62,968 nucleotides of DNA from Mycobacteriales bacterium (GTDB lineage Bacteria; Actinomycetota; Actinomycetes; JADGOV01), in the NCBI GenBank assembly GCA_038232055.1, contig JBBSIN010000005.1, positions 1 to 62,968 on the forward strand. The letters are read 5' to 3'. Position numbers and translations under genes: made by a program. The notes beneath the pieces were generated by a model, which did not search any database, had not been told where the DNA came from, and saw only the letters and a list, made by a program, of their open reading frames with translations. The stretch's first letter is position 1; each line of letters starts with the position of its first letter. This document shows positions 1 through 9,494 of the stretch, piece after piece.

Positions 1-206
1 ATCCCGGTGCCAGCCGACTTCAACGGTGACGGCAAGGCCGAACGCGCGGTCTTTCGGCCGTCGACCGGAACGTGGTGGGTGGCCGGAGCGGCGCCGGTGC
101 ACTGGGGCGCTCGTGGCGACATCCCGGTGCCAGCCGACTTCAACGGTGACGGCAAGGCCGATCGCGCGGTCTTCCGGCCGTCGACCGGAACATGGTGGGT
201 GGCCCG
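1..206 (+). repeat. 120-bp (40-codon) coding tandem repeat
   Basis: Positions 1 and 121 both start ATCCCGGTGCCAGCCGACTTCAACGGTGACGGCAAGGCCG. The second unit is cut short by the stop codon. Confidence 0.9.
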
Positions 207-210
207 CTAA
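1..210 (+). CDS. C-terminal part of FG-GAP/VCBS-like repeat (beta-propeller) extracellular protein, 5' end outside window
   Basis: Frame open from base 1: [40 protein letters not shown], then repeated. DFNGDG is a Ca-binding FG-GAP-like motif. Stop TAA at 208-210. Confidence 0.8.
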   Translation: MPVPADFNGDGKAERAVFRPSTGTWWVAGAAPVHWGARGDIPVPADFNGDGKADRAVFRPSTGTWWVAR

Positions 211-319
211 CGGAGCAAGTCGTCCTCCTGGACGTGGCGAGTCAAGTCTGCGACGGCCGCTTCGGCTGGCTAAACGGAGCTGCTGACCCCCGATCCGGGT
301 GACCGCAGTCGACCTGAGC

Positions 320-399
320 GATCTCCTTCGCCCGGCGTGTGGTGGCTGGCGGGCGGCTTTGGAGATCGTCGGGCCACAACAGCGCGAGCGAAGGAGATC
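320..399 (-). repeat. 80-bp GATC-bounded palindromic element (MITE/REP-like), copy 1, inverted relative to copies 2-4
   Basis: GATCTCCTTCGC at 320-331 and GCGAAGGAGATC at 388-399. The internal GATCTCC falls at offset 33 on the minus strand. Confidence 0.9.
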
Positions 400-497
400 G
401 TTTCCGGCGCCGGAAGATCGTTGGGGGCGGCCCGGCCGGACCCGGCGCGAGCCGGCGCCGCCCGACCCGCGCCAGACGCGCCCGGCCCACTGACGCG

Positions 498-612
498 GTC
501 CGAGGATTGGTCCGAGGGATGATCATGCCAATGCGAGCGTATGCGCCAGCATGATCTCCTCGGACAAGTCCTCGGACGATCACTCCGACGATTTCTCAGA
601 CGATCTCGGACG
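498..612. repeat. Imperfect ~30-bp inverted repeat (GATCATGC...GCATGATC core) running into a degenerate ~12-bp tandem array
   Basis: 498-528 GTCCGAGGATTGGTCCGAGGGATGATCATGC pairs with 549-577 GCATGATCTCCTCGGACAAGTCCTCGGAC. CTCGGACGAT/CTCCGACGAT/CTCAGACGAT/CTCGGACGAT units follow. Confidence 0.65.
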
Positions 613-765
613 ATTCCGCCGCAGGCTGGGAGATCAGCGGCGCGGTCCTTGGTCAACCGGGTCGGTGGTCCACGATCGTCGTGGTCTGCGCGCCGATCGC
701 GGTGCGTCAGTACCAGCGCTCGATCCGCTCCTGACGCCGTGAACGTCGTGGCCGGCCGGTCTCGG

Positions 766-1374
766 TCAGCCGCGTCGACGGCGGGGGAGCATGGCGAGGA
801 GGGCACCGAGTACGACGCCGAAGAGGAGGTGCGCGACCAGGAAGACGACGCCGCCGATCTCCCGGACGCCCTCGAAGCTCGACACCCGACGCTGCAGGAG
901 CGGACCGGCCTCGTACCCGAGCAGGACGAATCCCAGGAGGAACAAGACGAGCAACCAGGCGACGCCCAGCGCCACCAGTGACGGCACGGTCAACCGGGCC
1001 GCCCGCTGGCGTCGCGTGGTGAGTGCGGCGAAGACCCCGCCGGCGGCCGCCGACAGGACGGCGAGCCAGGCGAGGGCCGCGACCAGCCCCATCGCGCCGA
1101 ACCGGTAGTGCAGTTGGGAGACCCCAGGCAGCACCCGGCTACCGACGAAGATCGCGTACACCGACTTCAGCCCGTAGAGCACGCCATGTCCCTGGGCGAG
1201 TGCCACGACGGTGATCAGGACGAGATAGACCACTCCGGCCAGGAGGCCGGAGACGATGCCGCGGAGGATCCACGGTCCCAGCGGGATGGCCGCCAGCGGT
1301 GTCGACGTACCGCTCCGGTCGGTTCGTCGCAAGGGGGCGATTCGGCCGCGCTGGGCGTCGTTACTGCGTTCCAT
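766..1374 (-). CDS. 4-TM hypothetical membrane protein, similar to 30715-31221
   Basis: ATG at 1374 with GAGGAG RBS. Hydrophobic helices, ILRGIVSGLLAGVV...VAHLLFGVVLG. Confidence 0.75.
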   Translation of the reverse strand: MERSNDAQRGRIAPLRRTDRSGTSTPLAAIPLGPWILRGIVSGLLAGVVYLVLITVVALAQGHGVLYGLKSVYAIFVGSRVLPGVSQLHYRFGAMGLVAALAWLAVLSAAAGGVFAALTTRRQRAARLTVPSLVALGVAWLLVLFLLGFVLLGYEAGPLLQRRVSSFEGVREIGGVVFLVAHLLFGVVLGALLAMLPRRRRG

Positions 1375-1527
1375 CGGCCTCTCCTCGTCGTTTCTGTGAG
1401 TCGCGTGCGCCGCGTCACCTGAGGCACTACCCGCCCGGTTCCTGCCGGCTGCGCCACGTCCCGTGTTGTCACGAGACAGCAAGGCGTCGTCGGGCAGGAT
1501 GGGTCTGACACGCCACGAGGAGGCTCG

Positions 1528-2967
1528 ATGAACCCGCGCGGTTCGGCGGCCGCCGGAGGTGGCGGATGGCGGAGCTTTCGCCCGCGCAGCCGGTTCCGTC
1601 TGCTCGGTCTGCGCGCCCGGGTGAGCCTCCTGTTCGCACTCGGCGCGCTGGGCCTGTCGATCCTGCTGGCCGTCGTCACCTACCTGACGGTCAGTCGCTA
1701 CCTGTTCCTCCAGCGGGAGCGCGCGACGTTGCGCCAGACGAGTGCCAATGCCCGCGTGGTGCAGGACGCGCTGGCGGCCAGTGGTCTGTCGCCGCAACAG
1801 GTGCTCGACGGTGTGCACCGAGCGGAGCGCGTCGACGGGCCGGATTCGCTCCTGTTATCCGCGGGGGACTGGGTTTCCGCGTCGGGGCGGATCGGCAGCG
1901 ACGACCTGCCGCCGCAGCTTCGCCGAGAGGTTCGAGAGGGACAGCGGACGCAGCAGCGGGTCTCCATCGACGGCCGGCCGCGGTTGGCCGTTGCGGTGCC
2001 GCTGGTCCCGGCCGGCTCGGCGTACGTCGAGGTGTTTCCGCTAGACGAGCTCACCGCCGCGCTCCACACGCTGGCCGTCGTGCTCACCGGTGCCGCGGCG
2101 CTCACCACGGCACTGGGCGCCGTCGTCGGCCAGTGGGCGAGCCGCCGAGCGCTTCGGCCGCTGTCCGCCGTGACAGCCGCCGCCTCCGCCATCGCCGAGG
2201 GCCACCTCGACACGAGGCTGGACGGCGGGCGCGACCGGCAGCTCGGGTCGCTCGCAGCTTCGTTCAACGAGACGGCCGACGCGTTGCAGCGCCGCGTGCA
2301 GAACGACGCGCGCTTCGCGGCCGACGTCAGTCACGAGCTCCGCTCGCCGCTGACCACCATGGTCAACGCCGTCGAGGTGCTGCAGACCCGCCGGCACGAG
2401 CTCTCCGCGTCGGCGGCGGACGTCCTACAGCTACTCGACGCCGACGTACGGCGGTTCGAGCGCATGGTCCGTGAGCTGCTGGAGATCTCCCGCAGCTACG
2501 ACGGCAACGCCGATCTCGTCCTCGAGGACGTGCGCATCGGCGAGCTGGTCCGGCACGCCGCCGACGCGACCGCCGGCCGACCCGTGACCGTCGTGGTTCC
2601 CACCGCCGAGGCGCTGGTGGTCAAGGCCGACCGGCGACGGCTCGAGCGGGTCTTCGTCAACCTCGTGGAGAACGCCGAGCGGCACGGGCGCGGCATCGAC
2701 CGGGTGGTCGTCGAGCCGTCGGCGGCCGGGGTCCGCTGCTGCGTGGACGACGAGGGTCCCGGCGTGCCCCAGCAGCATTCGGCGCGCATCTTCGAGCGGT
2801 TCGCCCGTGGCCCCGCTGCGGCTTCTGCCGACGGCGGCGCGTCGGGCACCGGGCTCGGCCTGGCACTGGTGGCCGAGCACGCCCGGCTGCACGGTGGGCG
2901 CGTCTGGGTGGAGAACCGGCCGGGCGCCGGCGCCCGCTTCGTGCTCGAGCTCCCGGTCGTCGGCTGA
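1528..2967 (+). CDS. HAMP-domain sensor histidine kinase (MtrB/CseC-like)
   Basis: Two TM helices, HAMP, H-box DVSHELRSPL, NLVENA N-box, DDEGPG and GTGLGL G-boxes; GAGGAGG RBS. Confidence 0.95.
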   Translation: MNPRGSAAAGGGGWRSFRPRSRFRLLGLRARVSLLFALGALGLSILLAVVTYLTVSRYLFLQRERATLRQTSANARVVQDALAASGLSPQQVLDGVHRAERVDGPDSLLLSAGDWVSASGRIGSDDLPPQLRREVREGQRTQQRVSIDGRPRLAVAVPLVPAGSAYVEVFPLDELTAALHTLAVVLTGAAALTTALGAVVGQWASRRALRPLSAVTAAASAIAEGHLDTRLDGGRDRQLGSLAASFNETADALQRRVQNDARFAADVSHELRSPLTTMVNAVEVLQTRRHELSASAADVLQLLDADVRRFERMVRELLEISRSYDGNADLVLEDVRIGELVRHAADATAGRPVTVVVPTAEALVVKADRRRLERVFVNLVENAERHGRGIDRVVVEPSAAGVRCCVDDEGPGVPQQHSARIFERFARGPAAASADGGASGTGLGLALVAEHARLHGGRVWVENRPGAGARFVLELPVVG

Positions 2968-2980
2968 GGCAGGCCGCCGC

Positions 2981-3706
2981 TCAAACCGCCACCCGGTAGC
3001 CCAGCCCGCGGACGGTCAGAACGAGCCGTGGGTCGGCCGGATCCGGTTCGATCTTCAGGCGCAGCCGTCGGATATGGACGTCGATCAGCCGGGTGTCGCC
3101 GAAGTACCCGTAGCCCCAGACGCGTTCGAGGAGCTGCTCCCGCGTCACGAGCCGACCCGGCTCAGCGGTGAGCTCGCAGAGCAGCCGGAACTCGGTCTTC
3201 GTCAGCGGAATCGGCGCCCCGGCTCGGCGTACCACTCCCTGCCGAGGCAGCACCTCCAGGTCGCCGACCCGAACCGCATCGTCGCCGCCGCTGCTCTGAC
3301 GTGCCCGCCGCAGCAGCGCCCGGATCCGGGCATCGAGCTCCTTCGCGACGAGCGGCTTGGTCATGTAGTCGTCGGCACCGGCCTCCAGGCCGGCGACGAC
3401 GTCGGCGCTGTCACCGCGGGCCGTCACGACGATGACGGGTAGGTCGCCGCGGCGTCGAATCTCCCGGCAGACCTCGAGGCCGTTGATCCCGGGAAGCATG
3501 AGGTCGAGCAGCACGACGTCGGGCGGCTGCGCCTCCAGGCGTTGCAACCCCTGCTCGCCGCTGTCGGCCACGGTCACCCGGTAGCCCTCGTCCGCCAGGG
3601 CGAGGCCGAGCACGTGCCGGATCCGCGCGTCGTCCTCCACGAGCATGACGTGGGCGCCGATCGTGGCCGTCAGGGTGTCACCTGCTCGGTTGCTGCCGCT
3701 CGACAC
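2981..3706 (-). CDS. OmpR/PhoB-family response regulator (true start between 3646 and 3706)
   Basis: LVEDD, LLDLMLPG phospho-Asp, GADDYMTKP, winged helix IDVHIRRLRLKIE...TVRGLGY. Confidence 0.95.
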   Translation of the reverse strand: MSSGSNRAGDTLTATIGAHVMLVEDDARIRHVLGLALADEGYRVTVADSGEQGLQRLEAQPPDVVLLDLMLPGINGLEVCREIRRRGDLPVIVVTARGDSADVVAGLEAGADDYMTKPLVAKELDARIRALLRRARQSSGGDDAVRVGDLEVLPRQGVVRRAGAPIPLTKTEFRLLCELTAEPGRLVTREQLLERVWGYGYFGDTRLIDVHIRRLRLKIEPDPADPRLVLTVRGLGYRVAV

Positions 3707-4113
3707 TGGTCCGCCTGCTTCCGAACCGCGGGCTGCAGCTGGTCGAGCCGGGTCAGGACGCGGCGTACGGCCGCCGCGTCGAGGTTGCGGATGGCCCGGA
3801 CCCCGTCGCTGACGACGCCCAGCGCCTGCTCGGCCCGGTCGGCCGCCGCCAGGCAGGAAGCCGGGACCGTGACCGTGCGGTCGGCACTGACGCCTGCCGA
3901 CGGCGAGGGAGACGGCGTTGTGCTGCTCGCGGCCGCCGGCCTCGCGTTCCCGGTGTCACCGGCTTTCGTGACCCCGATCACGACGGCGCCCAGCAGCACG
4001 CCCAGCAGGAACGCTACGGCCGGGATCAGCCAGAAGCGCGCGCCGCCGCTCCGCCGAGGTGTGGGCGCAGGATCCGACGAGGGGACGTCGGTACGCCGCG
4101 GTTGATCGGTCAT
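3670..4113 (-). CDS. Single-TM membrane-anchored hypothetical protein
   Basis: GAGGAG RBS, one TM helix, Ser/Pro linker, helical domain with two Cys. The stop lies at the response regulator 5' end. Confidence 0.7.
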   Translation of the reverse strand: MTDQPRRTDVPSSDPAPTPRRSGGARFWLIPAVAFLLGVLLGAVVIGVTKAGDTGNARPAAASSTTPSPSPSAGVSADRTVTVPASCLAAADRAEQALGVVSDGVRAIRNLDAAAVRRVLTRLDQLQPAVRKQADQCRAAATEQVTP

Positions 4114-4238
4114 TCCAGCTCCTCAGCTCCGGCATCTGCAAGATCGAGTACCCGTGCCGCGCGGCAGGATGCGGACGGCAACCTTGCGAATGTGCGTCAA
4201 ACGGGTGCGAGAACCCGGCCTCGGGTAGTGCCCCGATC

Positions 4239-4859
4239 ATGCGACGCAGCTTCGCGGGCGCCGACGAGCGCACCGTACGGACCCTCGACGGCGTTCTCGG
4301 CATCTGGGTGGCGCTCTGGCTGGTCATCGGCGCCTGGTCGGCGTACGAGATATGGCAGCTCTCGTCGCTGAGCCGCAGCACGATCGAGTCGGGGCACGCG
4401 TTGGACCGGGCGGGGAGCGCCTTCCAGAGCCTGGGCGGGTTGCCGATCGTCGGTGACGGGACTGCCCAGTTCGGCGGCCAGCTCCGCAGCACGGCCGCCG
4501 ACATCGTCGACAGTGCGCAGCAGGCCGGACGCAGCACTCGCCGTCTCAGCGTCCTGCTCGGCCTGTCCATCTTCCTCATCCCGGTCGCGCCGGTGGCCGG
4601 CGTATACCTGCCGCTCCGGATCTCCCGGCGGCGCGAAATCACCCAGCTCACCAGGGCAGTGCGGGCGGACCCGGACGACCGGGTGCTGGACGCCTACCTG
4701 GCCCGCCGCGCCGTGACGCACCTGCCGTACGCCGTGCTGCGCCAGGTCAGCGCCGATCCCGATCACGACCTCGACACCGGGCAACACCGCGCGCTCGCCG
4801 ACGCGGAGTTGCTGCGGCTTGGAGTCGGAGTCGGTGCCCGCCGCCATCGCGCCGGGTGA
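4239..4859 (+). CDS. Hypothetical membrane protein (2 TM), translationally coupled to MMPL
   Basis: ATG at 4239 in frame with the ORF. TM segments GVLGIWVALWLVIGAW and LSVLLGLSIFLIPV. Overlaps the GTG of the next gene. Confidence 0.7.
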   Translation: MRRSFAGADERTVRTLDGVLGIWVALWLVIGAWSAYEIWQLSSLSRSTIESGHALDRAGSAFQSLGGLPIVGDGTAQFGGQLRSTAADIVDSAQQAGRSTRRLSVLLGLSIFLIPVAPVAGVYLPLRISRRREITQLTRAVRADPDDRVLDAYLARRAVTHLPYAVLRQVSADPDHDLDTGQHRALADAELLRLGVGVGARRHRAG

Positions 4860-7144
4860 GCGCCGACCGGCGGCCTGCCGCGCTCGACCCGGCCCGACCG
4901 CGCGAGGGTCCGCTGTCCTCGGCGTACGCCGGCCTTGTCCTGCGGCTGCGGTGGATCATCGTGCTGGGCTGGCTGGGCATCGCGACGGCGGCCACCTTGG
5001 TCCTGCCCAGCATCGCCGACGAGGGTGGCGATGACCTGGGTGGGCTCATCCCACGGGACAACCCGGCGATCCGCACCGAGCTCCGGGCGCTCGACATGTT
5101 CGGCTTCCCGCTCACGGGCCGTACGATCGTCGTCCAGCACGACCCACAGGGGCTGACCCCGGTCGCTCAGGCGCGCAGCGTACTCGCCGCTGCCGCGGTC
5201 AACCAGCGGCAGCGCCGCGACGACGCCGTCGTCCTCGGCGCGCTGCCGGTGCCGAACACCCTCGGGCTTTTCCCGTCGGCCAGCGAACGCGGGACCACGG
5301 TCCTGACGTACCTGTTCATGTCGCCGCGGACCAGCTTCCTCGGCCAGCAACGGGCCGCGCAGCACTACGTCGACACCTACCTGTCGGGTAGGGACGACGC
5401 CGTCGTGGGGGTCACCGGATCGATCCCGGCCCGGGCCCAGCAGGGGCGTCTCGTGCAGGCCGCGTTGCCCACCATGGAGCTGCTGACCGTCCTCGCCGTC
5501 GTCGTGCTGGTCGGGGCCAACTTCCGCTCCCTCGTGGCGCCGCTGATCGCGGTCACCGCCGTCGCGATCTCCTTCGTGGTCACCCTGCGCATCGCTGGTC
5601 TGGTCGGCCACCTGCTGGGGGTGTCGGTCCCAGGGGAACTCGAGCCGCTGATCGTCGCGCTTCTTCTCGGCGTGGTCACGGACTACGCGATCTTCTTCCT
5701 GTCCGCCCTCCGGCGCTCGCTGGGCAACGGGGAGGAGCGGTTCGCCGCCGCACACCGGGCAACCGCGAGCTTCGCGCCGATCGTGCTCGCGGCCGGGCTG
5801 ACTGTCGCCGCCGGCACGGCCGCCCTGCTGGCCGCACAGTCCGGGTTCTTCCGCGCGTTCGGCCCCGGCATGGCGCTCGCCGTGCTGGCCGGTGTCATCG
5901 TCTCGGTGACCCTGGTGCCTGCACTGCTCGCCATCCTCGGCCGGCGCGCGCTCTGGCCCAGCTCGGCGCGGTTCTCCGCGCGGGACGAGATGCCCGGCCC
6001 GGCACCAACGTTGCTGTTCAGCCGGGTCTTCCGCGGCCGCACCATCACCCTGCTCACCAGACCGAGGCTGGCCGCGGCCGTCTTCGTTGTCTGCACGGCC
6101 GGTCTGGTGTTGGCGGGGCTGCCCCTGCGACACATCCAGCTCGGGCTGAGCTTCACGCCGTCGCTGCCGGCGTCGAACTCCGTCAGCCGGGCAGCGGTGG
6201 CCGCCGGCGCCGGGTTTGCGCCGGGCATCGTCTCACCGACCACCCTGCTGCTCGAAGGGAACGGCCTGGGCGCCCGACTCCCAGAGCTGCGACGCCTGCA
6301 GGGGCTGGTCCGTGACCAGCCCGGCGTGGCCGGCGTCTTCGGACCGGGCGAGAAGGTCACCCCGCTCGTCCTCGGCGTCGTGCTGGCCCGCAACGGTGAC
6401 GCGGCTCGAATGCTGATCGTGCTGCAGGACGAACCGCTCGGCGCCGCGGCCATCGACCGGTTCGCCGCCCTCCGAGCAGCCATGCCGTCGCTGCTCGCCC
6501 GCAGTGGCCTGCGCGGCGTGCGGGCCGACTTCGCCGGTGACACCGCTCTCGCTGCGGGCATTATCACCGAAACGCGCGCCGACCTCGGCCGCATCGCGCT
6601 CGCGGCGCTCGTGGTCAACCTCCTGCTGCTCGTGATCTTCCTGCGGGCCCTCGTCGCGCCCCTCTACCTGCTCGCTAGCAGCGTGCTCGCGCTGACCGGT
6701 GCCCTCGGCTTGACCACGTGGCTCTTCCAGGACGTCCTTGGGCACGACGGCCTGACGTTCTACGTGCCGTTCGCCGCCGCGGTCCTGCTCGTGGCGCTGG
6801 GCTCGGACTACAACATCTTCGGCGTGGGGCATGTGTGGGAGGAGGCACGCCACCGACCGATGCGAGAGGCGATCGCGGTCGCCGTCCCGGAGTCCACCCG
6901 AGCCATCACCGCCGCGGCCATCACGCTGGCGGTGAGCTTCGCGCTGCTCGCGGTCGTCCCGCTTCGACCATTCCGCGAACTCGCCTTCGCGATGGCTGCC
7001 GGAATCCTGCTCGACGCCATCGTCGTACGGTCGTTCCTCGTCCCTGCCATGCTGACCCTCGTCGGTCCGGCGAGTGGATGGCCCAGCCGGCGGCTCCACC
7101 TCAAGGCCGCGCAGGTAAGACATCCGTCATCCGCCGATGGCTAG
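4856..7144 (+). CDS. MMPL family (RND) transporter
   Basis: 762 aa with two repeats of TM + periplasmic domain + 5 TM. Conserved VTDYAIF and GSDYNIF motifs. Confidence 0.93.
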   Translation: MSADRRPAALDPARPREGPLSSAYAGLVLRLRWIIVLGWLGIATAATLVLPSIADEGGDDLGGLIPRDNPAIRTELRALDMFGFPLTGRTIVVQHDPQGLTPVAQARSVLAAAAVNQRQRRDDAVVLGALPVPNTLGLFPSASERGTTVLTYLFMSPRTSFLGQQRAAQHYVDTYLSGRDDAVVGVTGSIPARAQQGRLVQAALPTMELLTVLAVVVLVGANFRSLVAPLIAVTAVAISFVVTLRIAGLVGHLLGVSVPGELEPLIVALLLGVVTDYAIFFLSALRRSLGNGEERFAAAHRATASFAPIVLAAGLTVAAGTAALLAAQSGFFRAFGPGMALAVLAGVIVSVTLVPALLAILGRRALWPSSARFSARDEMPGPAPTLLFSRVFRGRTITLLTRPRLAAAVFVVCTAGLVLAGLPLRHIQLGLSFTPSLPASNSVSRAAVAAGAGFAPGIVSPTTLLLEGNGLGARLPELRRLQGLVRDQPGVAGVFGPGEKVTPLVLGVVLARNGDAARMLIVLQDEPLGAAAIDRFAALRAAMPSLLARSGLRGVRADFAGDTALAAGIITETRADLGRIALAALVVNLLLLVIFLRALVAPLYLLASSVLALTGALGLTTWLFQDVLGHDGLTFYVPFAAAVLLVALGSDYNIFGVGHVWEEARHRPMREAIAVAVPESTRAITAAAITLAVSFALLAVVPLRPFRELAFAMAAGILLDAIVVRSFLVPAMLTLVGPASGWPSRRLHLKAAQVRHPSSADG

Positions 7145-7261
7145 CCGTCTGGCTGCCCGCGGTGCAGGGTGCGAGTAGCAGCCGGGTTTAGCGTCGAGAC
7201 AACCGGTGTATCGCCATACGAGGTATCCCATCAGACACGGCTCGATCCTAGGGAGTGCGTT

Positions 7262-9052
7262 ATGTCCGACACGGTGGCCGACTTCCTGCTCGGGCGGCTC
7301 CGGGACTGGGGCGTCGAGAAGGTGTTCGCCTACCCCGGCGACGGCATCAACGGCATGCTCGCCGCCTGGGGCCGAGCCGGTAACGAGCCGAAGTTCGTCC
7401 AGGCCCGGCACGAGGAGATGGCCGCGTTCGAGGCGGTCGGCTACGCGAAGTTCACCGGACGGCTCGGCGTCTGTGCCGCGACCTCGGGGCCCGGTGCGAT
7501 CCACCTGCTCAACGGCCTCTACGACGCCAAGCTCGACCACGTGCCGGTCGTCGCGATCGTGGGCCAGACGGCGCGGAGCGGGCTCGGCGGCTCCTACCAG
7601 CAGGAGGTCGACCTGCAGACGCTGTTCAAGGATGTCGCGAGCGACTACGTGCAGACCGTGATGGTGCCGGAGCAGCTGCCCAACGTCATCGACAGGGCGA
7701 TTCGCATCGCGTACACACAGCGCAGCGTCACCTGCGTGATCATTCCGTCGGACGTGCAGGAGCTCGAGTACTCGGCACCGACACACGCCTTCAAGATGGT
7801 GCCGTCGAGCCTGGGGATGCCCAGAATCGAGGTGCACGCGCCCGAAGCGGACATCCGCCGGGCGGCCGACGTGCTCAACGCGGGCAGCAAAGTCGCCATG
7901 CTCATCGGGCACGGGGCCCGGCAGGCCCGCGAGGAGGTCATCCAGGTCGCCGAGGCACTCGGCGCCGGGGTGGCAAAGGCGTTGCTGGGTAAGGACGTCC
8001 TTCCGGACGACCTGCCCTACGTGACCGGGTCGATCGGGCTGCTCGGCACCCGCCCGTCGTACGAGATGATGATGGACTGCGACACGGTCCTGACGATCGG
8101 CTCGAGCTTCCCGTACACCCAGTTCATGCCGCCGTTCGACCAGGCCCGAGGCATCCAGATCGACATCGACCCGAAGATGATCGGGATTCGCTACCCCTAC
8201 GAGGTCAACCTCGTCGGCGACGCGCAGGCAACGCTCAAGGCGCTGATCCCCATGCTGCAGCGCAAGGACGACCGGTCGTGGCGCACCGACATCGAGTCGA
8301 AGGTGGCCCGCTGGTGGGAGGTCATGGAGCGACGGGCGCATACGAGCGCAGACCCGATCAACCCACAGCAGGTATTCGCGGAGTTGTCGCCGCAGTTGCC
8401 GGACAACGTGATGCTTACCAGTGACTCCGGCTCGGCCGCGAACTGGTACGCGCGGCACATCAAGATGCGGGGCGCCATGCGGAGTTCGCTCTCCGGAAAC
8501 CTCGCCACGATGGGACCGGGAGTGCCCTACGCGATCGGCGCGAAGTTCGGCCATCCGGACCGTCCGGCCGTGGCGCTGGTCGGCGACGGCGCGATGCAGA
8601 TGAACGGCATCAACGAGCTCATCACCATCAAGAAGTACTGGCAGGAGTGGAGCGACCCACGCCTCGTCGTCGGGGTCCTGCACAACGATGACCTCAACCA
8701 GGTGACGTGGGAGATGCGGGCCATGAGTGGCGCGCCGGAGTTCCTGCCGTCCCAGCACCTGCCGGACTTCCCGTACGCCGGCTACGCCGAGAGCCTCGGG
8801 CTGCTCGGCATCCGCGTCGATCGTCCGGAGCAGGTAGGCCCGGCATGGGAGCGGGCCCTTCGGGCCGACCGGCCGGCGGTCGTGGAGTTCATCACCGACG
8901 CCTCTGTGCCGCCAATTCCGCCACACGCCACCCTCGACCAGATCGAGAAGGCCACCGAAGCCGTGGTGCGCGGGGACGCGGACTCGTGGGACCTGATCAA
9001 GGAGGGCGTCAAGACGAAGGTGCAGGAGTTCCTTCCCGGGACGAAGGAGTGA
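7262..9052 (+). CDS. Thiamine pyrophosphate-requiring enzyme (pyruvate oxidase/dehydrogenase-like)
   Basis: YPGDGING, RHEEMAAF, TSGPGAIHLLNGLYDAK; TPP motif GDGAMQM...HNDDLN. Confidence 0.93.
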   Translation: MSDTVADFLLGRLRDWGVEKVFAYPGDGINGMLAAWGRAGNEPKFVQARHEEMAAFEAVGYAKFTGRLGVCAATSGPGAIHLLNGLYDAKLDHVPVVAIVGQTARSGLGGSYQQEVDLQTLFKDVASDYVQTVMVPEQLPNVIDRAIRIAYTQRSVTCVIIPSDVQELEYSAPTHAFKMVPSSLGMPRIEVHAPEADIRRAADVLNAGSKVAMLIGHGARQAREEVIQVAEALGAGVAKALLGKDVLPDDLPYVTGSIGLLGTRPSYEMMMDCDTVLTIGSSFPYTQFMPPFDQARGIQIDIDPKMIGIRYPYEVNLVGDAQATLKALIPMLQRKDDRSWRTDIESKVARWWEVMERRAHTSADPINPQQVFAELSPQLPDNVMLTSDSGSAANWYARHIKMRGAMRSSLSGNLATMGPGVPYAIGAKFGHPDRPAVALVGDGAMQMNGINELITIKKYWQEWSDPRLVVGVLHNDDLNQVTWEMRAMSGAPEFLPSQHLPDFPYAGYAESLGLLGIRVDRPEQVGPAWERALRADRPAVVEFITDASVPPIPPHATLDQIEKATEAVVRGDADSWDLIKEGVKTKVQEFLPGTKE

Positions 9053-9492
9053 GCGGCCCGCTCTACGGCATCGACTGGATGGTCCGCAACGTCGAGACCG
9101 GTCGCTTCGAGCGGTCGCTGTCGGTGCTCAGCGCGGTGGGCGCAGCGGTGACCGCGATGGAGATCTACCTCGAGCACGATCGGGCGAGCTTCGGCAACCG
9201 GATGATGTGGCTCCCGGTCGCGCTAGGCCCGGTCGGTTTCGCGACGGGGATCGCCGGCTTCTTCTCGCGGCGGGCAGCGAAGACGGCGCTGCCTTTGTCG
9301 TCGGCGCTCATCCTGGCCAATGGTGTGCAGGGCACCTACCTGCACGTCCGTGGGATCGGACAACGACCGGGCGGCTGGCGACTCGCGCGGTACAACCTCG
9401 AGATGGGTCCCCCGCTGTTCGCGCCGCTGCTGATGTCCGTGGTCGGTGGCATGGGGGTCCTCGCCGCCATCCTGCGGCGCGAGGGCGACTGA
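9049..9492 (+). CDS. 4-TM hypothetical membrane protein with two His in or near helices
   Basis: GTG overlaps the upstream TGA. LEHDRASF...GTYLHVRG...GPPLFAP. Confidence 0.75.
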   Translation: MSGPLYGIDWMVRNVETGRFERSLSVLSAVGAAVTAMEIYLEHDRASFGNRMMWLPVALGPVGFATGIAGFFSRRAAKTALPLSSALILANGVQGTYLHVRGIGQRPGGWRLARYNLEMGPPLFAPLLMSVVGGMGVLAAILRREGD

Positions 9493-9494
9493 CG

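Noticed and set aside
551-742. Small Ser/Asp-repeat peptide ORF
   Set aside because: Derived from the 12-bp DNA repeat; no RBS and no homology cue.
7185-7212. SigF/SigB-type promoter (GTTT...GGTGTAT) upstream of the TPP operon
   Set aside because: The -10 deviates from GGGTAT and the spacing is ambiguous; not supportable without TSS data.
7127-8926. Long antisense ORFs (also 4763-6133, 41901-43544, 51717-53540, 59182-60471 and many others)
   Set aside because: Shadow ORFs opposite well-supported genes, expected in high-GC DNA; no motifs.
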